A stretch of 63,948 nucleotides of DNA, filler included, from Saprolegnia diclina VS20 (lineage: Eukaryota), in NCBI RefSeq assembly GCF_000281045.1. It is 4 parts of 2 records of this genome, joined end to end, with 100 filler letters (N's around TTAATTAATTAA, not from the genome) between each part and the next. Parts side by side here need not be neighbours in the genome. Positions count along the whole stretch, not along the records: positions 1 to 17,886 come from NW_008246088.1; positions 17,987 to 27,358 come from NW_008246088.1; 2 more parts are not named here. One strand, given 5' to 3'. Positions 11,263 through 22,781 of the stretch are shown in pieces. The notes below the pieces were generated by a model. It was not told the DNA's origin. It saw nothing but the letters and a program-made list of their open reading frames with translations, and made no database searches. Made by a program: the position numbers and the translations under genes. Each line of letters opens with the position of its first letter. Position 1 is the stretch's first letter.

Positions 11263-12738
11263 TTATTTAGCCATGTCGGCCACGGGCCGCGTCGTGACGA
11301 ACGACGCGTCACGCTCAAAGACCTGCTGCAGCATTGTCACATCATCGACACTGCCGTAGAAGCCGTGGTAGACGAGCTTCTCAAAGAGGTCCCGGTGCAC
11401 GACACGGAGGGCGGGGACCGAATGCACGTCAAATGGCTGTTTGAACTCGTTGTTTGGGTCCTTCCACGCCGTGTAGTCGGCCGAAACTTCGACCTTGATC
11501 AAGACCGCGTTTGACGCGGCAAACTTGTGGTAGGCATACTCGAACGCCGTCTCCCGGAACCGACAGTACGGGCACCACGGCCGGTCGTTTGTCGGCAGCC
11601 GCCCTGACACAAAGAGTAGATACAGCGGGAAATCGTCGTCAAAATCGCGCAGGAATTTCTTGAGCGGCGTATACTCGCTGTAGACGCGGATGTCCTTCTT
11701 GGTGACGCCTGGCGCAGTCTCGCCATGGAAGGCATAGTCGAGGAGCTCAGGGTTCGTCATCGCCGCTTGGTAGAGACCCGCGGTCGTCTTGCCGTGGCCA
11801 TTCGGCAGCGGCGTGTACTGGAAGAGCGTCGGGAGCTCCAACAAGCGCAAATCATCGTCAAAACGGTACATGGACTGAAACTCAGAGTCGGTTTGCACGA
11901 CGACCGTGAGAAGGCGAGCCGACGGCGGCGCGCGGGCAAACGCCGCAGCCACGGGTGCCTCGGCGTCGTTGCAGCCACCTTGCCACGTAGTGTTGGTCCC
12001 AGGGTCACGCGCGCAGGTGAAGAAGACAAAGAGCGGGTCGGACGAGTTGTACGTCTTGAGAAACCGCTTGGACTCGTAGAACGACGTGACAGTCGCTTGA
12101 CGAGAGGCAGAGTCGTTGACGCGGCTGTGCAGCGCGAGCCGCTCCGGCGTCAGCGTCGTGGCAACGTTCGAGTTGTCGACAACGACGGGGGCGGCGACGC
12201 GCACAGGCTCAGTCTCGGAGCTGACGGAAACGACGTCGGGCATCTCACCAGACGCTTTCTTGATCGGTAACGCATCCACGTCCGTGTTGCCGTGGACCAC
12301 TGGCGCCGGAATCGCGTTGACGGGAGATGTCGTCTCTGCAGCCGACGGAACGTTCGTGAGGTCAGCCAGTGAAGTTGTCGGTGCAGACGTCGTTGTCGGC
12401 CAAGGCGTCGTCGTTGCAGGAGCCGTGGTTGGCGCAACGGTTGTCGTCGGGGCTGCAGTCGTTGGCTGCATCGTCACGCGGGGCTTGGGCGTCGCGGGCG
12501 CAGAAGTGGGTACGTGCTCGCGGCTCTCGTGTTGCACGAGCGGCGCGGGCGTGGTTTCTTGCTTGCGCAGTGACGCCCGGGCATCGGCCGATGTCGTGAC
12601 CGAGGCGACGCTTGACGAGAGGCTCATCATCGAGAAGAGGAGAACGCAGACAATGCACCCGATAAAGACGTTCATGACGCTCATTTTCATGCTGCAGACG
12701 ACGTCGTTCCGGCCGCGGTGGTGCCCACGCGGTGCCAT
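11263..12738 (-). CDS. Signal-anchored tandem TRP14/TXNDC17 (DUF953)-like thioredoxin with Thr/Pro-rich stalk
   Basis: TM VMNVFIGCIVCVLLFSMM. Mucin-like PTTAAPTTT region. Two DUF953-like domains: WQGGC (degenerate) and WCPYC...WKDPNNEFK...VPAL. Confidence 0.8.
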   Translation of the reverse strand: MAPRGHHRGRNDVVCSMKMSVMNVFIGCIVCVLLFSMMSLSSSVASVTTSADARASLRKQETTPAPLVQHESREHVPTSAPATPKPRVTMQPTTAAPTTTVAPTTAPATTTPWPTTTSAPTTSLADLTNVPSAAETTSPVNAIPAPVVHGNTDVDALPIKKASGEMPDVVSVSSETEPVRVAAPVVVDNSNVATTLTPERLALHSRVNDSASRQATVTSFYESKRFLKTYNSSDPLFVFFTCARDPGTNTTWQGGCNDAEAPVAAAFARAPPSARLLTVVVQTDSEFQSMYRFDDDLRLLELPTLFQYTPLPNGHGKTTAGLYQAAMTNPELLDYAFHGETAPGVTKKDIRVYSEYTPLKKFLRDFDDDFPLYLLFVSGRLPTNDRPWCPYCRFRETAFEYAYHKFAASNAVLIKVEVSADYTAWKDPNNEFKQPFDVHSVPALRVVHRDLFEKLVYHGFYGSVDDVTMLQQVFERDASFVTTRPVADMAK

Positions 12739-12979
12739 GCCTCCTCCTTGCCTTCGAACACGTAATGGCAGAGCAACCCACTCACCACGCGGCTCATATC
12801 CGGAAAAAGCAGCGCACTACATCCGGATGCCAATCACATGCGCGATCTATGCGCTCGATAGTGATCTACTCTCAATTGATAACCATGCTTGATGTACTCG
12901 AGTCCAAGTCACAGCTGTCCTGATGATGGCGTCACATTTGGCATCAGGAATCAACGTTAGCCCTCCAAAGTCAGCCGTA

Positions 12980-13951
12980 TTAACCGGTTGGTGCCGGGTT
13001 CTGCTGAAAGTACGCGCGGAGCTGGTCCCGATCTTCGAAGTACTCGACGTATTCGATGAGCTCCGGCAGGCCCGCACCACTCAACGAGAGACGCGTGAGC
13101 ATCGGGAGGCCCGTGAGCTTCACTGCCGCCTGCGTCCGGAACGGGTTGGCCAAGTCGTGCCACTTGTCGACCGTCTTGGCGACAACAATGCGCAAAAGCG
13201 TCGCGTTCGGCGCCGCGTACGCTCGGAAGTAACTCAAGATCGGGACGTCGGCGCGGTCGCAATGCGGACACCAGAGCCGCCCGGTGCTTACGTACCGTCC
13301 CGACACATAGTAGAGAAAGATCGGCGCGCCGTCGAACGCATTGAGGGCGGCCTTCATCTCGTCGACCGTCGTCACATCGACGACGCGGGGCGATGTGGCA
13401 GCCGTATGCGGCGTCGCAAAGACGCTTGCGAGGAGCAGCGGGTCCGAAACAAACGCTTCGGCCAGCAGCAGTGTCGTGACCATGCGGGCATTGTACTGGA
13501 GCAACGTCGGGAGTTCGCGGATCTCAAGCTGCGTGTCGGGCCGCAAAGTAAACTTGCTTGTCTCCCACCCTTCTTCCGTCACTTGCACCAAGAGGAGGCG
13601 TGCGGACGGTGGCGCGTTGGCAAAGGCGGTGGCAACAGGCTGACGCGCGGCGTCGCAGAGCTCACACCAATCTGGCGCGGTGCCGTTCCGGAGGCTCGTG
13701 ACGAGGACGTAGAGCGGACCGTCGTTGAGTCGAACTGTGTTCAAGTAGGCTTCGGCCGCGTTGAGGCCTTCGACGCGAATGATGTTGTGTGAAGCATCGC
13801 CACTGCGCACGCGCTTGACAAAGACGGCGTGGGCAACGCGCGGCGGCCGCGCGAGGCTTCCAGCGAGCCGCCCCACAAACGCGAGGCTCACGACCAAGAG
13901 CCCGAGAAGAAAGAGCATGAGCAGCTGCACGCAGGTCCATCGAGGCTTCAT
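12980..13951 (-). CDS. Signal-anchored tandem TRP14/TXNDC17-like thioredoxin
   Basis: MKPRWTCVQLLMLFLLGLLVVSLAF anchor. Domains with WCELC and WCPHC...WHDLANPFR...LPML. Confidence 0.85.
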   Translation of the reverse strand: MKPRWTCVQLLMLFLLGLLVVSLAFVGRLAGSLARPPRVAHAVFVKRVRSGDASHNIIRVEGLNAAEAYLNTVRLNDGPLYVLVTSLRNGTAPDWCELCDAARQPVATAFANAPPSARLLLVQVTEEGWETSKFTLRPDTQLEIRELPTLLQYNARMVTTLLLAEAFVSDPLLLASVFATPHTAATSPRVVDVTTVDEMKAALNAFDGAPIFLYYVSGRYVSTGRLWCPHCDRADVPILSYFRAYAAPNATLLRIVVAKTVDKWHDLANPFRTQAAVKLTGLPMLTRLSLSGAGLPELIEYVEYFEDRDQLRAYFQQNPAPTG

Positions 13952-14182
13952 ATTTGGATTTGCCAACGTCCTTGCACGCTGCGTCACGTTCCAACTTCGA
14001 AGCTTTTGCGCCATTTTTCGACGGCATCGAACGAGTTTAAGGAGCTCCCATTCGAGATGACTTGCGATGTGCTACTCCAAATCTGAGTGCGGTCTCGTCG
14101 CCGTTGAGCACTATACGTATTCACTCGGAGGTAGGAATTAGATGCTGGTGGTGTCAGCTGCTACTAGTATATATCTCTCGGG

Positions 14183-15148
14183 TCATGGCTCCTCGAAGAA
14201 CCGGACGAGACGCGTCCGGTCTTCGAAGAATTGCGAGTACTCGTTGAAAGACGTAGCGTCAGGCAGGACGCGGATGAGCATCGGGAGACCGTTGATTTTG
14301 ATGCGCTTCTGCGCGCGGAACGGGCTCGACGGATCCTGCCACTCGTCGTAGGTCGACGCGGTCGTGACCGTGACCAAGACGGCGTCTGTGGCCGCGTAGT
14401 GCTCGAAATAGTAGACAACAGGAAGCAGCGCCGAGTCGCAAAAGGGGCACCAGAGGCGCCGCGTGTCCGAGTCGTGACCCGAGAGGAAGAAGAGGAAGAG
14501 CGGGTACGACCCGTCGTACGTGTCCAAGATGGCGTTCAGCGCGTCCACGGTGGCGACAGCGCGCTGGTCGCGGGCGCGGACGGGTACGCGTGGCTCTGGG
14601 ACGCGAAAGAGGTACTCGAGCAGCTCGGGATCGGTAGCGAACTTCTCCAGCACGAGGTTCGTCGTCTTGAGGTGGCCTTTGTACTCGAGCAGCGCCGGAA
14701 TGCGATTGATACGCAGGAGGCTGTTGGTGCGGAATGGATTCGAGACGTCGCGCCATTCGTCCGGCGTGCCAACGCTGACCTCGAGCAGGCGAGCGGTCGG
14801 CGGCGCCTTAGCAAAGGCGGCTGCCACAGGCGCCTTGACGTTGCGACAGTCGCCGCACCAGTAATCGCCGCCACGCATGCCACTCATGACCAAAATGTAC
14901 ACAGGTCCGGCATCAAGGTCGACGTTCGAGAGATAGGCAATGGCATCGTCAAAGGAGGCGGCGTGGATCCGCCGGCTCGCGACAGCCGACGCTTGTCCAA
15001 GCCGGAGCTCCTGACGCCCGTAGCTGCCGTCCGAGGCCGTGGCCGCGTACATCCGCGCCATGTACAGGAGCGAGCATGTCACGAGAACCGCAAGAGAGAC
15101 GCGGAAGAGCGTAAGAACCGTCACCTGCTGCGACGGCTTGGCCCGCAT
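14183..15148 (-). CDS. Signal-anchored tandem TRP14/TXNDC17-like thioredoxin
   Basis: TM VSLAVLVTCSLLYM. WCGDC...VSVGTPDEWRDVSNPFR...IPALL, then WCPFC...WQDPSSPFR. Confidence 0.87.
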   Translation of the reverse strand: MRAKPSQQVTVLTLFRVSLAVLVTCSLLYMARMYAATASDGSYGRQELRLGQASAVASRRIHAASFDDAIAYLSNVDLDAGPVYILVMSGMRGGDYWCGDCRNVKAPVAAAFAKAPPTARLLEVSVGTPDEWRDVSNPFRTNSLLRINRIPALLEYKGHLKTTNLVLEKFATDPELLEYLFRVPEPRVPVRARDQRAVATVDALNAILDTYDGSYPLFLFFLSGHDSDTRRLWCPFCDSALLPVVYYFEHYAATDAVLVTVTTASTYDEWQDPSSPFRAQKRIKINGLPMLIRVLPDATSFNEYSQFFEDRTRLVRFFEEP

Positions 15149-15567
15149 CTCGCCGCTCTTGTCCCAAGGATCTGGATGAGTGAGATCCAGCGCAGTCCAA
15201 AAACGGAGGACCCCCACCGGGCCTGAATGACGTTACGGATTTATGTCCCACAAACACTATTCAAGACCTGTTTTTGCAAGGCAGCGTCTTCGCGACGTAG
15301 GTGTCTACCGCTACTATTGAGGACTCTGCTGCATTCACCCCCAAAGGTACATGCATGAATTTGCTGCGATACGGTGAAAAAAATCCAGCACACTATGGCA
15401 TGCTTGCATCTTCCCCAACAACTCCCCGAAATAGTGTCAATCACGTGGCACCTTCATCAAAAAGAATAGGTCCCCCTAGAAGGCCCGTCCGTGTTCCAGC
15501 GAAATCCGACAGCAAAGCAAACGTCGTCGACCAAGCATCGCGACTTGTCTCCGCGAGCACCGACGGG

Positions 15568-18241
15568 ATGAACAGCACGAGCGACGACTACCTCCGCGAG
15601 GTCGCGCAGGCGCTGCGCCGTGGCGTCGAGATCAAGAACCGGCGCGTGAACCTTCGCACGTACGATCTCTGCTTTGTCGGGTGCGAGGCCGTGACGTGGC
15701 TCGTCGAGCACGGGTACGCGCCATCCCGCGAGGCTGCGGTCGAGCTCGGGCGCAACCTCGTCTGCGGCGGCCTTATGAACCATGTGGCGGACAGTGAGCA
15801 CTTCCAGGACAAGACGCTCTTCTACCGCTTCTTTGAAGACGAGGTCGGCGGGCCGCGCGAGCCGCCGCTCTCGCTTGCACGGTCGTTTGCGTCAGGCTCA
15901 CAGCGCGCCAAGAGCATCGAGAAGGCCGTGCGTAACCACATTGGCAAGCTCACGGGCCGTGCGCACTCGACCGTGACCGAGCAGCCCGTGCGCACGCTGC
16001 GACTGAAGAAGAACGGGTTTTGCCCGATTCGGTCGCTCCTGACCGTCGCGCCGAGCACGACCTTTGGCTTTAGCGACGTGTGCTCGTTTTACTTTCCGCC
16101 GCACACGGTGCACAACTCGATCGCGCTCACGGTGCCCATTGTCGAGCAGATGAAGGAGGCATTTTCGACGCTCGACATGCGCGCGCGTGAGAACGCGGTC
16201 TTTGGCCTCCGAAAACAAGTGCTCAAAGCCGCCGACTCGAGCGATAAGAACTGGATGTACATCAAGAACGTCACGGGCCACCACGGCAACGACGTCCGCG
16301 TCTTCTATCGCAACGCGATTGGCGGCTTCCAGACGTTTTTAACAGTCGGGGCGATCCACGTCCCGCCGGCCACGTTTGCCAAGCATTTTCTGGACCACCA
16401 AGAACGCCGCAAGATGGAAGCGTTCTACGAGGCCGGCTTCACCGTCGAAGACCTCCTCATGGCCCACACGCACGAGATGAAGCTCGAGAAGAACATCCAC
16501 CAGCCCTTCTCGAGCGCCGTCGCGCCGTGGGTCGACGACGACCGCATTCAGCTCTCCATGTCGGACGACATGGGCTGCGTCGCGTCCCACGCCATGGCCG
16601 CCGAGCGGTTCCCGGCCAACAATAGCGGCGCGTCATCCGAGGAGCATCTCATTGGCGGCGGCGCACAGCGCATCTTGTACCGGACGATGACGAGCGTCTC
16701 GCGGGTCGTGACGCAGCGCGACTTTGTGACGTTTCAGGATTGCTTTGCGATGGAGAGCGGCGGCCACGTCGTCTACGAGATCTCGGTGCACCACAAGGAC
16801 ATTCCGCCGTCGCTGCCGGTGCGATCATCTATCATTCTGGTCGAAGCGTCACAGTGGCCATGTAGAACTATACCCGCGGTGAAATTTTGTGCCTCGCCCA
16901 CATTGCCGAGCCAATTCCTGGCAACCCGAGCGCGTGCATGCTCACGGTCGTGACCCAAGTCGGCTTCAAGGGCAAGATGCCGGCCTTTGTGTCGCAAATG
17001 ATTTTCGACAAGCTCATCACGCGCAGCTTCGAGTCCGAGGTAGAAGAGGACGAAGACAATGTGTCTGACTTTTGGTCGTAGATGTGCACCAAGGTGCTCG
17101 ACTGCACGGACGTGGTCGACGGCGCGCTCAAGGACATTCCGTACGACTTTACAANNNNNNNNNNNNNNNNNNNNNNNNNNNNNNNNNNNNNNNNNNNNNN
17201 NNNNNNNNNNNNNNNNNNNNNNNNNNNNNNNNNNNNNNNNNNNNNNNNNNNNNNTGGACCCCGAGCTCATGGCGTGGATCAACACATGGCCGGCCACACA
17301 CGACCTGAGCGCCAAGGTCGCCGGTGCCTTTGCATTGGCCGGCGGTATGAGCTCGGGCGAGGAGCTCGTGCTGCTCAACCTCCTCCACTCGCTCATGATC
17401 TTTAAATTCGTTGTCGTCGGTGGCGATGCGTGGACAAGGTACTGTATACCTACTGGAGTGTCCTCATAGGACCTAACTTGATATATGCGTAGCGCGTTTG
17501 GCGCCTCGGCCATCATGGGCGAAGGACCCTTTCACCTCGGCACCAACAACAGCAGCAATCAACCTGGTGCGTGGCCGTCGATCTGCTATCGCCACGACAA
17601 CCACATTCCCGCGTACTTTTTCTTGAAAGCCCATGGACTCGGGCAGCGCGTCGCTACTGTCGCGAGCAAACTGCGGGCGCCGCACGAAGCGTGAGCGCGT
17701 ACACAGACAGTTGCGTTTACATAATCAACGAGAATAGAGACCGCGTGAGCGGTGCAGTCTTCTGTCGATCCAACCACTCCGAAGACAGAACCCACGCACC
17801 AATCTTGCTACACGCAACTTCTCCTCGCCAAACTCGGCCAGCGCAGCCATCGCTTCGAGAAACTCTGGCGAGGTAGTTTAGGTGTGNNNNNNNNNNNNNN
17901 NNNNNNNNNNNNNNNNNNNNNNNNNNNNNNTTAATTAATTAANNNNNNNNNNNNNNNNNNNNNNNNNNNNNNNNNNNNNNNNNNNNGCAGCGAAGGAATA
18001 TTCGATGGAGTACATGCCGCACATTGCGAGCGACGACGACGTGAGCAATTTTCTGGACCACTACACGAAGGAGTCGGTGACCGACAGCTGCGCCAGCACT
18101 TTGGAGCACTCGTCGCCGTCGATTTCGTCGGACGCGTCGCAGCTCTCGTCGTGGGACGTCTCGACCGACAGCAGCACGGCCGCGCGCTTCTCGGGCTTTT
18201 CGTTTGTGGCCGCCACGACCTGCAACGAGGCCGGGTTTTAG
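15568..18241 (+). CDS. DEP-START-AGC kinase, paralog A (kinase core lost in gaps; C-terminal exon 17987-18241)
   Basis: DEP domain (IKNRRVNLRTYDLCFVGCEAVTWLV...AVELGRNL...FQDKTLFYRF). START domain (VTQRDFVTFQ, SVHHKDIP, VVTQVGFKGKMPAFV). After the gap, AGC tail DVSNFLDHYT...FSGFSF. Joining the pieces across the gap is inferred from paralog B. Confidence 0.75.
17255..17886 (+). repeat. Third, partial copy of the flavodoxin gene 3' half, isolated between gaps (probably a misplaced contig)
   Basis: Near-identical to 26730-27358 and to the reverse complement of 56-687. Flanked by N-runs and sits inside the paralog A kinase gene. Confidence 0.85.
17887..17986. other. Artificial assembly linker N44-TTAATTAATTAA-N44
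   Basis: 12-mer with stops in all six frames, centred in a 100 nt spacer. Confidence 0.95.
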
Positions 18242-18890
18242 CGATCTTCCCGCGCTTTTTTTATTAATTTAAATGTCGCTCGACTTCAACAACGTATACC
18301 AGTCCTTTTACGACATTCTGTCTCAACGGCAACACGGTTTACCAAATGCGTCTCAATCTCGTGTCTATCCGGACACGTGGATGCCGATGATGTGATTGCG
18401 TGTGCTTGGTGCCCGATGTTTACGAGTGCGCCGAACGCTCGGGGCTGCAATGAGGCCGGCGTCTTCTTCCACGGACAGTCCCGGCGACCGCTGCGGGCCC
18501 GGGATCTATGGAAGGCACATAAGTTGAAAGTTGGGCCACACAGATTGGCTACTTGCAGCTCGGCCTCTGGTGGCGCCAGCTCATGGCGCGCCAAAGTCCA
18601 ACTAAGAAACACAATAAGTCGCTTGGAAGGCGCCGGCTGCGTGGACCATGTATTACTCTATCGCAGGGTCGTAGGTGCCATTGCGAGGGGCGTGATGCAT
18701 GCACAAAGTCGGTAGCACCATCGTCCGTACCAGCCCAGCCCAGCCACGGCTTCAACGTCAAGTTGCCAGCAGCCGGTCGTATCCGGATGGGAGCGCGCGA
18801 GACGGTCGTGAGATTACCGACCAGATTCGCTGGCTGTCAGACCGAACGCGCAGGATTTCGCTTTTCGGCACCAACATCCGCTGCCGCAGC

Positions 18891-21800
18891 ATGCCCGCCT
18901 CCGAGCCCGAGAGCGTCTTGTACGAGTTGGCGGCGGCCCTGCGCAAGGGCGTCGCCATCCGCACGCGCCGCTTGGGCCTGCGCTCGCACAAGCTCACGTT
19001 TCTCGGCTCCGACGCCGTGACGTGGCTTGTTGAGAACGCGGCTTGCCGCAGCCGCGACGACGCTATCGAGCTCGGGCGCAACTTGCACCACGCCGGGCTC
19101 TTTCGCCCGATCGTGGGCTCCGATCCATTCCGAGACGACAAGAACACGCTCTACCGCTTCGCCGAAGACGATGTTGGCGACGACGAGTTGAGCGGCAGCA
19201 AGTCGGTGAGCGTCAAGCCGTCGGACGGCGTCAAGCCGCTCGTCGAGCGCCTCACTGGCCGCCGCACGTCCGTGCCAACCAAGGGTATTCGGTCGCTCTT
19301 ACTCAAGAAGAAGGCCTTTTGCCCCATCGAGTCGCTCCTGACCGTCGCGCCGGGTACGACCTTTGGCTTTGAAGACGGGTGTCCATTCTTCTTTCCCGCG
19401 CACACTGTGCACAACTCGATCGCGCTCACGCTGCCCGTCGTCGAGACGATGAAGAAGGCGTTTGCGTCCCACGACATGCGCGCCCGAGAGAACGCCGTCT
19501 ACGGGCTCCGCAAAGAGGTGCTCAAAGCCGCCGACTCAAGCGATAAGAACTGGATGTACATCAAGAACGTCCAGGGCCACCACGGCAACGACGTCCGCGT
19601 CTTCTATCGCGATGCGGTCGGCGGCTTCCACACCTTTTTAACCGTCGGGGCGATCCACGTCCCGCCGGCGACGTTTGTCGAGCATTTTCTGGACCACGAG
19701 GAGCGTGCGAAGATGGAGGCGTTCTACGAGGCCGGTCAAACGGTCGAGGACCTCCTCATGGCCCACACGCGCGAGATGAAGGTCAAGCACCACATCCATC
19801 AGCCGTTCTGGGACGCCAAGGCGCCGTGGTCGCCCGACCAGAGCATGCATTCGATCTCGGGCGACATTGCCGACGTGACCGCGCACCACATGAAACCCGC
19901 GGAAAAGTACCCGCAGGTCGCGCCCGGTACGATTGTCGAGGAGCCGACGCAGCAGCAGCTCATTGGCGGCGGCACGCAGCGCATTCTGTACCGCACCATG
20001 AGCAGCGTCTCGCGCGTCGTGAGCAAGCGCGACTTTGTGACATTCCAAGACTCGTTCTCGATGGCCAACGGCGGCCACGTGGTCTACGAGATCTCGGTCC
20101 AACACCGCGACATTCCGACGTCGTTGCCCGTACATCGTCTTCGTGTAGGAGATGATATATCATTAGACGTTTCTTGTGTAGAGCTATACCCGCGGCGAAG
20201 TGCTCTGCCTCGCGCACATTGCCGAGCCGATCGACGGCCTTCCGACCGCGTGTATGCTCACAGTCGTGACCCAAGTCGGCTTCAAGGGCAAGATGCCCGA
20301 GTTTGTCGCCAAGATGATCTTCGACAAGCTCATCACGCGCAGCTTCGAGTCGCAGGTTCACGCATCAAGAAGCAAAGCGTCTCGACCTTACGACAGAGTC
20401 GTAGATGTGCGATCGGGTCACGGACAATACCGAGATCATGGCCGGCGCGTTCGCCAACGTCCCGTACATCACGGACGACAGCCAGACGGACGACTTTGAA
20501 AGCCGTGCGACGCTCCTCGACTTTGAAATTCTCGCTGTGCTCGGTCGCGGGTACTTCGTTGTGCATGCGAAACTATCAGGGTATCAACTACACATTTGTA
20601 GCGGGTTTGGTAAAGTGCTGCAAGTACGCCACCGCAAGACACAAAAGGTGCACGCCATGAAGGTCCTCAAGAAGGAGAATATTGTCCACGACATTCAAGT
20701 ACGCCCCAGTGAATAAGTCTTGCGAGTTGACTTGTGATTGGCAGGTCGAGCGCACGCGCACCGAGCGCAGCATCCTCGCGGCCGTCGAACACCCGTTCAT
20801 CGTCGGTCTNNNNNNNNNNNNNNNNNNNNNNNNNNNNNNNNNNNNNNNNNNNNNNNNNNNNNNNNNNNNNNNNNNNNNNNNNNNNNNNNNNNNNNNNNNN
20901 NNNNNNNNNNNNNNNNNNNNNNNNNNNNNNNNNNNNNNNNNNNNNNNNNNNNNNNNNNNNNNNNNNNNNNNNNNNNNNNNNNNNNNNNNNNNNNNNNNNN
21001 NNNNNNNNNNNNNNNNNNNNNNNNNNNNNNNNNNNNNNNNNNNNNNNNNNNNNNNNNNNNNNNNNNNNNNNNNNNNNNNNNNNNNNNNNNNNNNNNNNNN
21101 NNNNNNNNNNNNNNNNNNNNNNNNNNNNNNNNNNNNNNNNNNNNNNNNNNNNNNNNNNNNNNNNNNNNNNNNNNNNNNNNNNNNNNNNNNNNNNNNNNNN
21201 NNNNNNNNNNNNNNNNNNNNNNNNNNNNNNNNNNNNNNNNNNNNNNNNNNNNNNNNNNNNNNNNNNNNNNNNNNNNNNNNNNNNNNNNNNNNNNNNNNNN
21301 NNNNNNNNNNNNNNNNNNNNNNNNNNNNNNNNNNNNNNNNNNNNNNNNNNNNNNNNNNNNNNNNNNNNNNNNNNNNNNNNNNNNNNNNNNNNNNNNNNNN
21401 NNNNNNNNNNNNNNNNNNNNNNNNNNNNNNNNNNNNNNNNNNNNNNNNNNNNNNNNNNNNNNNNNNNNNNNNNNNNNNNNNNNNNNNNNNNNNNNNNNNN
21501 NNNNNNNNNNNNNNNNNNNNNNNNNNNNNNNNNNNNNNNNNNNNNNNNNNNNNNNNNNNNNNNNNNNNNNNNNNNNNNNNNNNNNNNNNNNNNNNNNNNN
21601 NNNNNNNNNNNNNNNNNNNNNNNNNNNNNNNNNNNNNNNNNNNNNNNNNNNNNNNNNNNNNNNNNNNNNNNNNNNNNNNNNNNNNNNNNGCAGCGAAGGA
21701 ATATTCGATGGAGTACATGCCGCACATTGCGAGCGACGACGACGTGAGCAACTTTATGGACCAGTTCACGCAGGAGACTGTGACCGACAGCACGGCGACC

Positions 21801-21938
21801 ACCTCGTACAACTCATCGAGCCAGCACAGCAGCAACGCGTCGTCGTGGCAGCCGCAGTCGTCGACCGAAAAGTCAGGTAGCAATTTCTCTGGCTTTTCGT
21901 TTGTCGGCGCCGCAGCCTTTAACGAGTCGGGCTTTTAA
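18891..21938 (+). CDS. DEP-START-AGC (Akt/SGK/S6K-like) kinase, paralog B (multi-exon, gap in kinase domain)
   Basis: DEP and START domains as in paralog A. Then DFEILAVLGRG|GFGKVLQVR...HAMKVLKK...ERTRTERSILAAVEHPFIV, an N-gap, and DVSNFMDQFT with hydrophobic motif FSGFSF. Confidence 0.88.
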
Positions 21939-22781
21939 TATCGTTGTCTACGCCGCTGTCTTCTTGGTCTTTTTCTTGCTGCCGGTGGCCGCTGCTGGCG
22001 ACCGCTTGCGCTTGGGCGTCGCTTCGGATGCAGTCGCCTCGAGCCAGAGCGCCTCTTGTAGCGCCTGCGGTGTCCATGCGCCGCCGAGGACGGTCGCTCT
22101 CGCCCGCAACGCCTCGGTGAACCGCACGAAATGGGGCAGCGTGTACTGGCGAGCGCCAATGGCCTCTAGCGCAAGGAAACAACGTCGTTCCATGTCATCA
22201 TGCATCATGGTGCGTACTCGTCATCGCGTTGAGGGCTTCGTCGCCCATAAAGGCGACGGATCGAGAGTATGCAGCGAGCACGGCCGAGGCCGTCGCAGGC
22301 CCGACCTAAGGTGCACGATAGCAACGTAGTGTCGTTAGTAGTTTCGTACGCCCTTGAGTTCGGAGATGGCTGCCACCGCTTCCCTGACGTTGCCGTCGTT
22401 CACAGCTGCAAAGCCTTTCGTGGACGCTGCTTGGACCTCGGCGTCGTCAAGCGCATCGACAAACGCCTGCAAGCGAGGTCGCCTACAACCGGCGTTATTT
22501 CAACAGTATACATACGCGTGTGTACCATTTGCCTTTGGCGAGCTTCCACTGCATGAGTTTGGAGAGCTGGGCCTGCGTGATGTGGCCTTGGGTAATGAGC
22601 AGCTCGGGCAACTCGGCGCGATACCAAGCCTCCAGCGACCGCAGCGGCTCCTACGCGCATGGGCTCTCATCCTGAGGCCGATGGACGCAGGTTGCACCTC
22701 GAGGCTCGCAGCGACGTTGTCGTACGTCGCATGGATAGCAGCCCAGTCGGCCTCGTCCGTGGACGCCCAGAGCTTGCTCAT
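21935..22781 (-). CDS. Amun-like helix-hairpin-helix DNA glycosylase-fold protein (multi-exon)
   Basis: Spliced translation ELSKLMQWKLAKGKW|RPRLQAFV...ISELKG|VGPATASAVLAA...FMGDEAL...YTLPHF...WTPQALQEALW, with a basic NLS-like tail. Confidence 0.75.

Noticed and set aside
17255..17886. Flavodoxin fragment inserted in the DEP-START kinase gene as a mobile element or fusion
   Set aside because: Flanked by gaps on both sides with no TSD or terminal repeats. More simply a mis-scaffolded repeat contig. ORFs read across these Ns are artefacts.
17931..17942. TTAATTAATTAA palindrome (also 27403-27414 and 57804-57815) as a biological repeat
   Set aside because: Always centred in exactly 44+44 Ns and carries stops in all six frames, so it is an assembly linker.
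20588..21883. Long ORFs containing X runs (also 58227-60344)
   Set aside because: Their length comes from translating N-gaps.
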